From: Cyanidioschyzon merolae
Lineage: Eukaryota
Assembly (NCBI GenBank): GCA_000091205.1
Contig: AP006490.2
Direction: 5' to 3' (one strand)
DNA length: 64,000 bases
The position numbers were made by a program, and so were the translations under genes. A model generated the notes under the pieces. That model saw only the letters and a program-made list of their open reading frames with translations. It did no database searches and was not told the origin of the DNA. This document shows positions 32,080 to 44,457 of this stretch, one piece after another; the stretch's first letter is position 1, and each line of letters starts with the position of its first letter.

Positions 32080-32495
32080 AAATTTGACTGTGTTTCTTTC
32101 GTCAAATAAAACAATCCGCACGAAGAACAGTTCCTGTTCTCTTTATGGCTATCGAAGGGACCGCGTTCTATAGCAACATGATATCTTTCAAAGGATACGT
32201 TCGCAGAGGCTACCGTTCTATTTGGACTGTGTTTCTTTCGTCAAATAAAACAATCCGCACGAAGAACAGTTCCTGTTCTCTTTATGGCTATCGAAGGGAC
32301 CGCGTTCTATAGCAACATGATATCTTTCAAAGGATACGTTCGCAGATGCTACCACTCTTTTTGGACTGAGTTTCTTTCGTCAAATAAAACAATCCGTACG
32401 AAGAACATTTCCTGTTCTCTTTATGAGTATCGAAGGGACCGCGTTCCACAGCAGCACGGTATCTTTCAAAGGATACGTTCGCAGAGGCTGTCGCT
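32080..32495. repeat. Tandem satellite-like repeat, three copies of a roughly 132-137 bp unit
   Basis: The unit gactgtgtttctttcgtcaaataaaacaatccgcacgaagaacagttcctgttctctttatggctatcgaagggaccgcgttctatagcaacatgatatctttcaaaggatacgttcgcagaggc recurs at about 32086, 32223 and 32355 with a few substitutions. Confidence 0.85.
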
Positions 32496-34577
32496 CTTTC
32501 TGTTTACATGGAAAAGCGTATCGGGCACGGATTTGAGTCAAAGCAGCGATCGCTGCCAGCGGAGAGAGCGTAAACGCTTCGCACGAAGGCAACGTAGATG
32601 GATCGAAATCTCTCCGCATGTTCTTCAGCGTGGATCGCCTTCCAGGACTCGTTTCGTCGTGGATTGCATTGCGTTCGACAAATCCTATGTCGAATGGAAT
32701 AGCGTGCGTTTGCGCTTGCACTTGCGGCGGACACAGTACTAGCCGTTGTGATCGTGAAGAGAGCAGGCAGCGGACACTGGGTACGGCGCCGGGCGGGAAA
32801 CATTGGAGTGCACCGCGAGGAGCCCTCTTTACCCGCCGAAGGCATGTACCGAGCAGTGAAGAAAACGTTGATGCGCCACGGGCTGCCCCTGGAGTGGAAG
32901 GCGCGCTAGACGTATAGAGACTCTCTTCTACATCCAAGAGTGTTCATTGCGAAAAGCTTTCCACTGCTGCATACAAAGAAAATGACCACGGTAAGCGATA
33001 CGTTGGTCGCGACTACTCTCTATGTATCAAATGCATCGACAACTGCGGAAACCGCAAAATCATGACTTTAAAACTGCCATCTACATCCTTCCACTGCTGA
33101 TCACGGGGCCGGAAGGAAAAGACAGATCATCGTATTCAGAGCCGGAGGTAAGAGACAGGCAAGTATGCAGGAGTGGGAAAGCCCGCAAGTACTGGTGCTG
33201 ACGACATTAAGAGCAGGCCCAAACTTTAGAGTCCACACTCGTGTTAGGCAAGTGGACCTCTTGCATGACAGCCGGGCACGGGTGTAACAATATGTCCGAA
33301 GAATCCACAGGCGCTCACGAATGAACCAGACCTGTCTGGATTGTATGCCCATCCGAATCGCATGCTTCCTCCGTCGAATGTGTGATCAGCTCGACTTGCC
33401 CGTCAGGTGCATCCTTCAGGGCACTCATGCTCGGCTGGTGTCGTTCGTCGGAAGCAAGCTAGATGCTGTTCGTGGACGAACGCTGCGACGCCCACCTTGC
33501 CGGGTCGGAACGCGACTCAAACGATGCACACCCGTCAGCTCCGATACGTTCCAAGACAGTCTCGCATGTGCATCAAGTGTTTTGCTTAGACGCCCTTCTT
33601 CGCCTTCGTCGCGTGCGGTCATTTGTTCCTTCCTCCGCCTCGAGGCTCGGTACAGGTTTCACACGAACCTCTTTCAACACCGGTTCATGGAGCGCTTCCG
33701 TATCCCCGGCTGCGGTGCCAAGTGCCTCCGTGGGTTTCTCTTGAAGCTGATGAACGTGCTCTGCATTTCGAGAAAACTCGACTCGCTTCTGCGGCAAAAG
33801 CCGTTCGGCTGCGCGCAGTCGTTGGCGGAAGTACAACCACGTACCAGCGAGAAGCAACACCGTCACCCCGTACGATAGCCATACTTCGGGGTACGCTCGA
33901 GTGATGTCAAACACACCGATTCGTGTTGACTCAGGCTCGTTACTCGGATAGCTTGAAGGCTCTGCGTCAAGCGGTGTGGCGCCCCGCTCTAGCGTTGTCG
34001 CAGCTCCAGTGCGGGTCTCAAGGGGGCTACAAAAAATGAGCCCCTGCCCTAGAGCGAACTTTTTCACAGTACAGCCGGCTTCGTACATATACGACCAGAG
34101 CGACATGGCCTCGATCATTAACTTACGAAAAGGTCACCAGACCCTATCCATATCTTCGCTCGTAACCAGCCAAGTGGGTGCGTTCTGCGAAAGCGTTTGT
34201 CACTGGCGGGCAGCATCATCGAAAGCGCCGCTGTGGCGTCGTGGCTTGCAAGTCCTGTTAGTGTCTTTCAACTCAGTATGTGCAAGCACCACCCCTGTGG
34301 TGTACAGTAAGAGATCGAAATCACGATGCAATGTACCGCATAGATCGTAGAAGAACTGCGTGTTGGATATCTATTCTTTACTGAACAGTGACGGAGGACT
34401 GCATTCTCCTCTGAGGTCAGTTACACTACAGCATTCAGGTGGTTGAGGACCACTGAAAGAAAGAAGCATACGCGCTCCGCATCATAAACCGATATTCTTA
34501 ATGAATGCATGCTACCAGTCGTAGAAAACGACCGACTGATCACTTTGCGTTAGGCGAAAGCGGCGATAATAGACACC

Positions 34578-34910
34578 ATGGGCGCCTCTGTTTCTCAACA
34601 GCTTGTTCGTGTGATCCTGAAAACACTGGAATACGGTTGTGAAAAAAGCGTCCTAGTTCACGTCCGCCCATTTTCCACCGAAATCGCAACGACAGCGTTC
34701 TTGGAACGTCACTATCCATATGAAGCACAGGAAAGTCGGTTTCGTTTTTTTATCGATGATACCTTCGTTGGGCGATTCTGTTGTAGCGTATATGGGTATT
34801 CGCGGAACAGGGTGCCCGTGTTATGCACGACTGAACTCGAAGAGAACGACGACATCATCATTTGTTGGAGCTGTAGTGGAATTATTTGTCGGCCTCAGTT
34901 CCGCCCGTAA
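34578..34910 (+). CDS. Hypothetical small protein with an N-myristoylation-type start (MGASVSQ)
   Basis: An isolated 110-aa ORF in a gene-poor stretch. MGxxxS is the classic N-myristoyl consensus. No recognisable domain. Confidence 0.2.
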   Translation: MGASVSQQLVRVILKTLEYGCEKSVLVHVRPFSTEIATTAFLERHYPYEAQESRFRFFIDDTFVGRFCCSVYGYSRNRVPVLCTTELEENDDIIICWSCSGIICRPQFRP

Positions 34911-35739
34911 AGCAGGCCCGTACAACAGCACCAACGACTTTGTCGAATCATTGAGGACGTTTTCCTGACGTCTGGCGACGCCCTTACATTAGGAAAAGGT
35001 GGTATTTCACCATTACCCTTCGTGTTCGAGCTTTTGCTTACTCTATCGGGGTAGAGCAGCACTTCATTCTTCCGGACGCTCCGTGTTTCAACTGCATCGG
35101 ATCAGTGTTCTCCATCATGAAACATAACCATCGCTCCACTGGGCGAATCGCTAAATCGTCCAGCACACGGTGACATGCTGGGGCATATTTCCTCATTCTC
35201 GTGCAATCTCTTCTTCTTCTGGGAAGATCGTCACCTACTGGCATTAGAAAGTGCAATCATTTTCAGAACAAAGGAGAGAACGATCTGGGATGTACACTTC
35301 AGAGCGTCGAGAAGGAGACAAGGCAGCGGAGCGCTTTGGTGATAGAGAAGTATAGAGAGCTCGCAATGCAGCAAGTGGCACGGAGGGCACGAGCTCTACC
35401 AACCCCTGCACTGACGAGTTCCACCAAAGGCAATAAACGCATGGAGTTCGTGCACTAAGAATTCAACGCCGCCATCTATATCAGACGATATGCAATGCTG
35501 AAGACAAGACCTAGGGGCGTGACGCGAGCCAACGTTATGAAGCAGTCTCTCAGGCTCGAAGTGTGTCTGGATGAAACCCGAAACCGATAGCATCGATCTG
35601 GTCGAAAAGTGCTGGAAGGTGGCGTCTGCGCGTGGGTATGCATTTACCCCACATTGTCGTACAAAATACTTGCGCCAATCATATGTAGTTCCCTTGCGCT
35701 TTCACCTGCTCTCTGTGGGCTATTCTTCGAGCAGTATGC

Positions 35740-37677
35740 ATGGGGGTCTGGTCGGACTTTCGAAAATTTCTTGAAGACGGTGCTTTCTTCAACCAGAATG
35801 GGTTTAAACCCGCCTGGTTCGTATACGTGGTGCAGCTCTGGAGCCTCTTGCAAGCTTTCATTCTACCAGCTGCGCAAACCTTGGCGGGGTTGTTCGCGCT
35901 TCGTGTTGCTGCTGGAGTTTTGAGCCGTCTGCGGCCTTTTTGTAGACTGGCTGCTCATCATCTACCTAGTTTGAATTCTCTCTGGAATGATAGGCACAAT
36001 GGTTTGCCACTGGGCACGGACGCGGTCGCACTGCGGAAACGCGGTGCTGTCACCGACCGTGCTGCGGCCCTGGAACCGCTCGGCGCCAAACTAGCGCACT
36101 CCAGGGCGGAAAACGCTGGACGCTGCGACACAGTGGCTTGTGAAGCTGGCGGTGCACCGCGGAACGAGACTTGTATTGCTCGCTGTCGGTCATTTCTGGT
36201 AGAGCTACGACGAAAGCCTCAGCTTGGCTGGCCGAGGCTTCTCTATCGCGTTCTGCAGCTGCTCATTGTGCTGCGCGGGCTCATGCTTTTCAAGCATCTG
36301 GCGCTCACGAACGAGCCACGGACTTATTTTTATTCGACAAGTATCGTACCCCCTCCGTTATGCCCACTGAATGACCTGGAGCCCCTTATTGAGAAGGAGT
36401 CTCGTTTTCTGCAAGTGGAGTTACCTCGTTATGTCGCGCAGGTCCAGGAAGCGCTTTGGCAAGATGCCAGACGCTATGGTGAACCAGGCATCCGGAAGCA
36501 TCGCATTGTGCTGTACCGCGCCAGCTGCGACGGCTTGGGCAACCGCCTGACCGGCCTTGTATCAGCGTTCTACTATGCCTATATGAGCCAGCGTGCCTTT
36601 CTCGTAGACTGGAACGGCTGTGCAGCGGTCGTGAGCGGCACTCTCGAAGATCTGGTCGATCCTCCCTTCGCATGGAGTGCACGCGACCTACTCCGCGTCC
36701 TCGGTGCAGACGATCGCCAGCATGCTGCTCGAAGAAGCGATCAAGATACGGATCCGGTGCTCGTCGAATTTCAACGTATCTTCGGTGATGCCGGTGTGCG
36801 GCGTCTGTCGACTGCATACTGCAGGCCGTGTCCGGAGCGACGCCCTCTGCGAGACCTGGAACATATGCTGTGTGAGCGTTTTGTCGATGACTCGACCCCC
36901 GTTGTCGACTTTTACGGCACACACTGGACTGGAGCGACCATTCAGCATAATCCCTATTTCCGGACTGCTTCTTGCAAACTCTTCGGCAATGATGCCTTTG
37001 GCATCCTTTCGCGTGCGCTGCTCAGGCCAAATGCAGTGGTTCAGCGCATCGCGGCTCCGGTTCTTGAGGAAATGTCAAGGGCGGTTCTCACGATCGCTCT
37101 GCAAATACGACGACGTGACAGCTACGGCATCTCGGCGGCCATGGAGGAGGTCATGTGGCGCTGCGCACAACAGATTCGAGTGCTTCACTTTCAGCGACGA
37201 ACACTCGGAGACCGCTCGAACAAAGCATCGACACCCGGCCATTCGACTGGCCGAAACGAGTCCGGGATCGGGAATCAAACTTTCTACCGCACGCTTTTGT
37301 TCATCGCGGCCGATAACGATCGGTCCCGCAAGCGGATCGAGGACGGCAGTAGCAAGGAGCACACTGGCCTCCATGCGATCTATTTGTCAAGCCCGCTGAC
37401 CAAGACGGAGCTAGTCGGGATACAATACGCTTTTGCGGAGATGTACCTGCTGAGCAAAGCAGATGAGATTATTATCAGCCCGTATTCGAGCTTTGGCAGT
37501 TTCACTCATGGCTGGTCCAGTAAAGTACCATGGATTGCGCTGCGTTCGGGGAAGTGCATGCAAACGACTTCGAGCATGCCATGCGATGTGTATTGGTTTG
37601 GAGTGCAGCGCCTGTCATGTTTCAATGCGAGCATGCTGAGTAGTGAGATGGTGAACATGGATTCATGCTATGGTTGA
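35740..37677 (+). CDS. Putative membrane-anchored glycosyltransferase, fucosyltransferase-like (GT11/GT23/O-FucT superfamily)
   Basis: N-terminal hydrophobic segments are present. CDGLGNRLTGLVSAFYYAYMSQRAFLVDW resembles the GxGNxx donor-binding motif I of fucosyltransferases. C-terminal Cys residues are conserved. The start is an ATG at 35740. The assignment is by motif only. Confidence 0.5.
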   Translation: MGVWSDFRKFLEDGAFFNQNGFKPAWFVYVVQLWSLLQAFILPAAQTLAGLFALRVAAGVLSRLRPFCRLAAHHLPSLNSLWNDRHNGLPLGTDAVALRKRGAVTDRAAALEPLGAKLAHSRAENAGRCDTVACEAGGAPRNETCIARCRSFLVELRRKPQLGWPRLLYRVLQLLIVLRGLMLFKHLALTNEPRTYFYSTSIVPPPLCPLNDLEPLIEKESRFLQVELPRYVAQVQEALWQDARRYGEPGIRKHRIVLYRASCDGLGNRLTGLVSAFYYAYMSQRAFLVDWNGCAAVVSGTLEDLVDPPFAWSARDLLRVLGADDRQHAARRSDQDTDPVLVEFQRIFGDAGVRRLSTAYCRPCPERRPLRDLEHMLCERFVDDSTPVVDFYGTHWTGATIQHNPYFRTASCKLFGNDAFGILSRALLRPNAVVQRIAAPVLEEMSRAVLTIALQIRRRDSYGISAAMEEVMWRCAQQIRVLHFQRRTLGDRSNKASTPGHSTGRNESGIGNQTFYRTLLFIAADNDRSRKRIEDGSSKEHTGLHAIYLSSPLTKTELVGIQYAFAEMYLLSKADEIIISPYSSFGSFTHGWSSKVPWIALRSGKCMQTTSSMPCDVYWFGVQRLSCFNASMLSSEMVNMDSCYG

Positions 37678-40600
37678 GGCGCACTGCCTTGTGCTCGACG
37701 CAGACGAACGCTGCCCAGACATGACCGGGTGTATCCGAATGAATAGGAGTCGTTCAAAACGTTCTGCGTAGAGCTGTGAATTCGGGGACACCTGGACTAG
37801 GACGCCTGTTCTGGTCCTGTTTGTTTTCTTGCAGGTACTCGGTAAAAGGAATGTTTCATGTTGATGGGAAAGAGGCTGCCGAGAGACTCTGTGGTGGAGT
37901 CACCGCCGGCCTGTGAAAACTGACCTTACCAGTCTTTCTCAGTATTGGAAGGGTAAGCGGGTGTATAAGCCACGCTTCCCGGAGTCCATAGTCTGAACAT
38001 GGTGTACCCCAATGAGAATGTATTAAACTCTATCTACACAGTTTGCTCCTCGTCAGCTCATTACAGTTTACAAATTTTTCTAAGGTATGCTGCGAGAAAA
38101 TGCAGAGTTTGTGAAGTTTCCGTATCTTTGGATTGAACATCGAGGAAGCGACGCAGGTACGCAAAGCCAAAAGCACCTATCTACCGCAGACTGTCGCGCG
38201 TTGCACAACTCAGTATCAGCTTCATAGGGAAACACGAGTGCTTACACTAGGTGCGACGGGCGTTCATCTGACTCGAGGCGACTTGATTCTAGAAAATGCT
38301 AGCCCTTCACACGGGTAATCCAAGTAGGGCAAACGTGGGTTGGTAATGAAGAAATAAGCGAACATAGCGACGACAGCAGTCCGAGCGGTGATTCCGTCGC
38401 ATGGTCTCTTACAAATCCGCACAGAGACAGTGTTTCTGAACACCGCGTACTTCGTCGAGGCACTGACCGTCGATTCTCCTTCGCATAGAGTTTTGTGCTG
38501 TTCTCGGACAGTGTGGCTCTCCACCTCTCAAAGTCGGCAAGGCGTATTCAGCTAGGATTCGCGTTGAGATGCTTTTCGTGTCGACCGATTTTCTCTGGTT
38601 CAATCCAGTCGAAGAGGTATTCGACTGTTGGTGTGGAAAGCCGTTTCTACGCTCATGTATTGAGAAAAGTTCCGTCTGCATACGGGGCACCTTTCTTCAA
38701 CAAGACGTTCTTCGGAACCTTCACCAGCATTGAACTGATTTTTTGCGTTATTGCTCATGCGTGGGCGGAACCAGAAAGGTGCGCTTCGGTCCGAGCGCTT
38801 GCTCGCTGGGAGAAAATCACGAAACGCAACGTGGAGTATAGTAGGTAAGCAGATGCAAAATGATACTTTCAGTCGGGTCGTCCACCCAGAAATTCGGATT
38901 CCTGAGAGAAACGGATACGGGTTACAGTGACCATATCAATGCTACACTGCCAAATAGAGGAGAAGGAGAAGAAAACGCCGGGCATAGAAAAGATACGATC
39001 CTTCCAAAAAGAAGACATGGAGGAACAGGAAGCATGAGCTCGCTTAGAAGCTGGGCGCAACTATGGGTCGCAAAGCCTCTTACTCGAGGAACGCTTGCCT
39101 TGCGCCACCCGCCGTGAAGCAGCTCGGCGAGCAACTGGTCACAGCAGTTCCAGTCACGTGGCTACAAGCTATCCATATTTCTCACTAATTTTTCGATGAG
39201 GCCTATGTGCGACAACAACAGCTGCTTTTCGGGGTGGACGAAGCGAAATGGCCGGATCGTTGGATCAGGGATTTCCTGACACAATTTCCTGGATACTTTA
39301 AAGCGTCACCGTGCCCCGCTGACGATCGGAATATATCCAGCGCAGGTCGGAAAAGTATCAAATCGATCGATGAGATTCGTTCTGAACCGGTCAAGATGTG
39401 CGAACCGAGAACCTTTTTGATGAACTTGGATTCCAGGCTGAAGAGTATACTGCCCGTTCCGTGAGCTCCACAGCACAAGGACAATGCCGAAGATCTGAAC
39501 GGAAACCATGTGAAGATGCTCTGCTACTCCAGGGCTCCATATTCTCGGAGTTTATATCTGACAGACACCAGTCAACATTCCAAAATGTGGAATGAAGGCG
39601 TCAGAACGCATGCCGACACCCCGTGCATCGTTTCGAGCGGAGGGCGGTGCTTTGTTTGCATCATTCAGCGAGGACGTGAGCTTCCGCATCGCTCATGCGG
39701 ATGACCCTTGGCAGTGGTATCTGAGGGTGCGCGGGGGTCGCCCGCGGTGTCCGTTGTACGGGAGCGAGTAGCTTGCATTCACCAATTTCTCCAACGGGTT
39801 GGAACGGGAAACGACGCACAAGTTGCGACGTTCGGTGGTATCTAAGGGCGCTGGTCGTGTTGGTGCGCGCCTGGGATGCACCCCTGGTCCATCGCCACGC
39901 TCGTGTTGAGAGCTCTGGGATTCATGCTCTCCGCTGCCAATCGACGAATTCGGGGCGGTATTCACGCATAACGTGCACGGTTGCACGCTGGAACTACGAG
40001 AGAAGGAGAGCGTGAAACGTAGCCAGCTGATGGAGATGGTGCTCGGTAAGCTAGCCAAGCATTACGTGGCGAGGAGTTTGAATACGATTGGCTTGCAATG
40101 ACGTGATTCCACCATCAAGAATGCACCCTAGAGGATTTTTCTCTGGGGTCTGAACGGTTCGAGCAGTATCCAGAAAAGTCTCGTGTTTTCTGAGCGTGTG
40201 GCGGCTTTGAATTTTGCAAAGTCTCGAAGAAGTCGTTTGGAGCTCGATTTGGGCCTTTTCTGATGCGTTGAAAACTTTCGAAGAAAAAAGGCAGTGCTCA
40301 GAAGCAAGAAAATTGGTTTCTCACCTAGTGCCCGGCACTGGTAGAGCACGGTCAGCGATCGAGCAAGGCTGGAGCACCCCATATATATTCCGGAACCGGA
40401 TTTTCCTGACGATTGGAGAACGCTAATAGTGGTTCATATTCGATATTACAGAGTATACGCAGGGCCTGGAAAAGGGTCGTCTTGGTTTATAACGCGTTGG
40501 GTGAAAATGCTCAGCTTTGTATGATTGCCATCACCCGCCTAGGCTCTGCGGGTCGCGCAACATACTCGTTAATGCCACGTTCCTCCGGGGGATTCCGGAT

Positions 40601-41187
40601 AGAAGCATTCATCTATTACCATCAGAGACACCCGTTTCTTCACGCAAGCCGACTAATTTCGGAAGCATTAGCGCGACATGTAGCTTACCATCGAGCGCGA
40701 TACCCCAGAGAACACACAGCTCCGAAAACTGCAACCAGAATAGAGGAGAGGACCCGATGCTGTGGTGGCGCGGGAAAAGCGTTCCTCGCGCCTTCCTCAC
40801 AGAATACGATGTACTAGGATGTGAGGCACAGGGGCATCTAAAAGCTCGAGCGCAGTGGCGTCAGCACGCATGCGAGCGAGCGTAGGCAGCATGAAACCCG
40901 GCGTTTCAGACTACAGAGCCCAGCATTCTATTTGCCTGTCTGCGCTGTCTTGGTGCATAGGCATTCCAGCCGTGAACGTTGCACTGCTGTGCATAATTGA
41001 GCGGTCCCGCTGCTTCAAGAATTTCGGGGAATACCTTGCACGGTATCAGCAGCTGGAGACTGCGCCTCGTATCCCGCTTCCGTACCCAGGAATTCGATTT
41101 AGTTTCCCTCACGAATATATCTCGCATGACATCCTCCAGTCTCGCGTGTTAAGTCTACGGCGAAGCGATGCCGCTGGCAGCTCGTGC

Positions 41188-42708
41188 TCAGGCTGGACGA
41201 AGCGTCAATTTCTCGCCGAGCACGGAAACCGCATCAACCAGAGCATCTATAAAGCGATCAATGTCTGCCGAGGAATTATAGACGTAGACAGAAGCTCGGG
41301 CACTCCCTCCGACGCCAAGAGCGTCCCGGTGGAGCGGCTGCGCGCAATGGTGTCCTGCACGAATCGCGATCCCATCTAGGTCGATGATGGTAGCCAAATC
41401 ACTTGGATGCACACCACGCACATTGAATGCACAGAGGGCCGCTCTCTCGAGACCGAGATCGTTGTCCAGGGGCGGCCCATAGATCGATATCTCTTGGAAC
41501 TGTTCCAGGGATTCGTAGAGATATCGGGCAAGCTGGAGCTCGAACTGGTGAATGCGTTTCATGCCGCCAAGGCCATCCTCCAGGTAGTCTATGGCTGCGC
41601 CTAGTGCGACTGCATCGCCAATCGAAGGAGTTCCCGCCTCGAACTTATGCGGCAAATCTGCAAACGTACTGTGGTCAAGAAACACTTCCGCGATCATCTC
41701 ACCGCCACCGAGAAAGGGTGCCATTTCTCTGCGAAGCACGTGCTCTTTCCCATACAGGATACCGATCCCCGTCGGGCCGCACATTTTGTGACCACTGGCC
41801 ACGAGCCACTCGCATCCGATATCCTGGACGTCTACTGGCATATGAGGAACCGCCTGGCATGCATCGACGAGCACGGAAGCTCCTGCTTGATGAGCTAGCT
41901 CCGTTATTCGTCTGACGTCCTGCACGTACCCGAGAACGTTGCCAACATAGGCGATTGCCACCAGCTTTGTTCTCTCCGACAACATTTTCTCGAATGTATC
42001 CATGTCCAAGGCTTGTACCTGTGGCAACAGCGGTATGTGCCGTAGTCGAGCTCCGGTGCGCTGCGCTACAAGCTGCCACGGCACCAGGTTGGCATGGTGC
42101 TCGGCCACCGAGACAATGATTTCGTCGCCAGGAGTGAGGTTCCCGCCCAGCAAACCCCATGCGTACGCTACAGTGTTAATCGCTTCAGTCGCATTCCGGG
42201 TGAAAACAATTTCAGTATCCTTTTTCGCGTTCAAGAATCGAGCGACTTTTGCTCTCGCGCTCTCGAAAGCCTCCGTTGCCTGCTGTGAGAGCCTGTGCGC
42301 CCCGCGGTGGACGTTCGCGTTTTCGTACCGATAGAAGTGCGAGAGCGCTTCGATGACTTGCAAAGGCTTCTGCGACGTCGCAGCAGAGTCCAGATAGACG
42401 AGTTGCTTACCTTCCGTGGTGGTTCTCTCCAGGATCGGGAACGAGTCCTTGTCCAAGGCAGCGATCGCAGGACGATTTCGGCGGTGTCCAGGAGCTTCAA
42501 CAGATGTGCCAGCCTGTCCGACACTGGAGGCTTCAGCCTTCAGCCTGTATGCCCCAACCCAACGAGCAGCTCCTCTGTGATGAGCGCAAGTTCGTCCAGC
42601 AGCACTGAGACACGATTCTAGAGGTGCCTGGTCACGAGTCTTGGCACCGGAAAGCTTGCCGCTTCTACCGAAGCGTGCAGTACCGACGGTGTGCTGCACA
42701 GTAAACAT
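41188..42708 (-). CDS. sufS: Cysteine desulfurase, SufS/CsdA type (class-V aminotransferase group II), with an organellar presequence
   Basis: Motifs include YLDSAATSQKP, NVHRGAHRLSQQATEAFE, SGHKMCGPTGIGILYG (the PLP lysine) and the group-II signature RAGHHCAQP. The track start at 42723 is TTG; the first ATG at 42706-42708 gives MFTVQHTVGTARFGRSGKLSGAK, which is Ser/Arg/Ala-rich and not hydrophobic. Confidence 0.9.
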   Translation of the reverse strand: MFTVQHTVGTARFGRSGKLSGAKTRDQAPLESCLSAAGRTCAHHRGAARWVGAYRLKAEASSVGQAGTSVEAPGHRRNRPAIAALDKDSFPILERTTTEGKQLVYLDSAATSQKPLQVIEALSHFYRYENANVHRGAHRLSQQATEAFESARAKVARFLNAKKDTEIVFTRNATEAINTVAYAWGLLGGNLTPGDEIIVSVAEHHANLVPWQLVAQRTGARLRHIPLLPQVQALDMDTFEKMLSERTKLVAIAYVGNVLGYVQDVRRITELAHQAGASVLVDACQAVPHMPVDVQDIGCEWLVASGHKMCGPTGIGILYGKEHVLRREMAPFLGGGEMIAEVFLDHSTFADLPHKFEAGTPSIGDAVALGAAIDYLEDGLGGMKRIHQFELQLARYLYESLEQFQEISIYGPPLDNDLGLERAALCAFNVRGVHPSDLATIIDLDGIAIRAGHHCAQPLHRDALGVGGSARASVYVYNSSADIDRFIDALVDAVSVLGEKLTLRPA

Positions 42709-44457
42709 GTGACCCGAATCCAAGGCTGTGCAAGGAAAAGAGTTCCCGAGTTCGAGTCGTATATTTTAGACAGCTACGCAACTTTGCAGAACGCAGCTGC
42801 TGACCTTCAGTATAGAACCTGTTCTCCGACGCTGGACGTGAATCACAGCGGTCTTGGAGCAGATAATCGTAGCGTGCGGCGAGCGCTGCTGGACCGTCAT
42901 GGCACTTGGTCAATCTCGAAAAACAGTCCTCTTCTTGGTTCGATTCTTTATTTGGTTCACCGCAAGCCTGGAGGCATTGTCCATTCTTCCGTTCAGCATC
43001 TGGTGAGGTTTTTCTGGGATGCTTCTGAATGTCTGCAGAGTAGACGCCGTGCGCTCGCGGTGGGCGGACATCAGCCTTTAAGATCTCGCAGAGCTGTTGC
43101 TCTCCAGTTGACGGCAGACGCCAGGTTGAAGGTCGCGGGAAATCATCTGCTCCGGGCACCAGCGAGCTAGAGTTAAAGCGTCTCAGAAGTACGCTTAGGG
43201 CAAAAAGATAAAATCGGTTTGAAGACGAACACCACGGAGCCGGTTTTGAGAGGCTCGTGGAGTCGAGTTCCTTGCGCTGGGTTTCGGCTGGGCATAACAT
43301 AGCTGTGCGAACTGTATGTGGCGGTTGGCGCGCGAAGAGGCATGAATTGCTTGAAAAAATGCTAGCAAGGGGTTCGATTATGCAACCGCTCGTTGGAATC
43401 CTGCTTCGATGGTGACGAGTGCGGTTTTTCAACACGCTCAGCAATGACGCTGCTTCGCGTGCGTGGCGCTGCGTCCGCACGACCGATGCAGGGATCCAGA
43501 CTCTTTCCCCGAAGCGTCGGACCCAGACTTCGCGTAGTTTCGACGATTGCTCCTCAAGCCAGGTTGCCGAAAAATGCCTGCAATGGCGCCAATTCCGAAT
43601 TCAGCAGCAATAGGTGAATACTGTGCTTCGCATCGCCTACAGGATGAACTGAGGCATCCGATTCGAATCGCAGCTTAGGATCTTTATAGTGTATGGGGCC
43701 ACTGATGCTTCATGGACGTCTCGTGAACTCTCTAGCGAACGCTTGCGCAATTCGACTCAGGAAGAGCTCGTTCCACTTCACCGGTCTTGCTCTATCGCAT
43801 GGGATGCGCAGATTCCGCCACCATGGTGCTCGCCTGAATGGATTCTTCGAAAGCCGTATTCACTGAACGCCTCGGATGTACTAGGGTGCTTTGTACAAAG
43901 GATCTTGTCCCAGAAATAGACAAAAATCCTGGAGCGGGTCGAGCACGCGTTGCCCCGTCGGTAACACCATCGTTGCTGTCTAAGTGATCCGCAGTACGAG
44001 CGAAGAGCGCAAAACTCGCGCAAACAGGAATCAAACGTCACGAAATTGTACAAAAAGTGTCCCGGAGGCGGTGTCCGTGTGATTGCGAACAGACCCGCCC
44101 CGCTGCTCCTGTGTGCGCACGCATGTACGCGTGTGCGCCTCGGGTACTGCCATCGCTCGCCTAGCGGGGCAGCTTTGTCCCGCGGACCTGCGTATGCGTA
44201 TTTGCGTGTTTGTGTGTGTTTGTGAAATCATACGGTGCATACATGCGACATCAGCATTCCAAGAGCATGGCTGTCTATATGAAGCACGCAGGCGAGGCGT
44301 GCGTGCGATCGAGCGTTGACAACGCGGTGCCGACGCACGTTCTGCATGCATGCCGTGTCGGATGCGTGCGTCGCAGGCATGCTCTCCCATCTCCTAGGCG
44401 ACAGCAATATGTTTTGTGCTGAATCTTGGGGTTCTATTTTCCAGTTGCGTCTGAAAC

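Noticed and set aside
32080-32495. A direct-repeat array considered as a possible CRISPR
   Set aside because: The units are about 135 bp, are contiguous with no unique spacers, and lie in a eukaryotic nuclear locus. It is a tandem satellite, not a CRISPR array.
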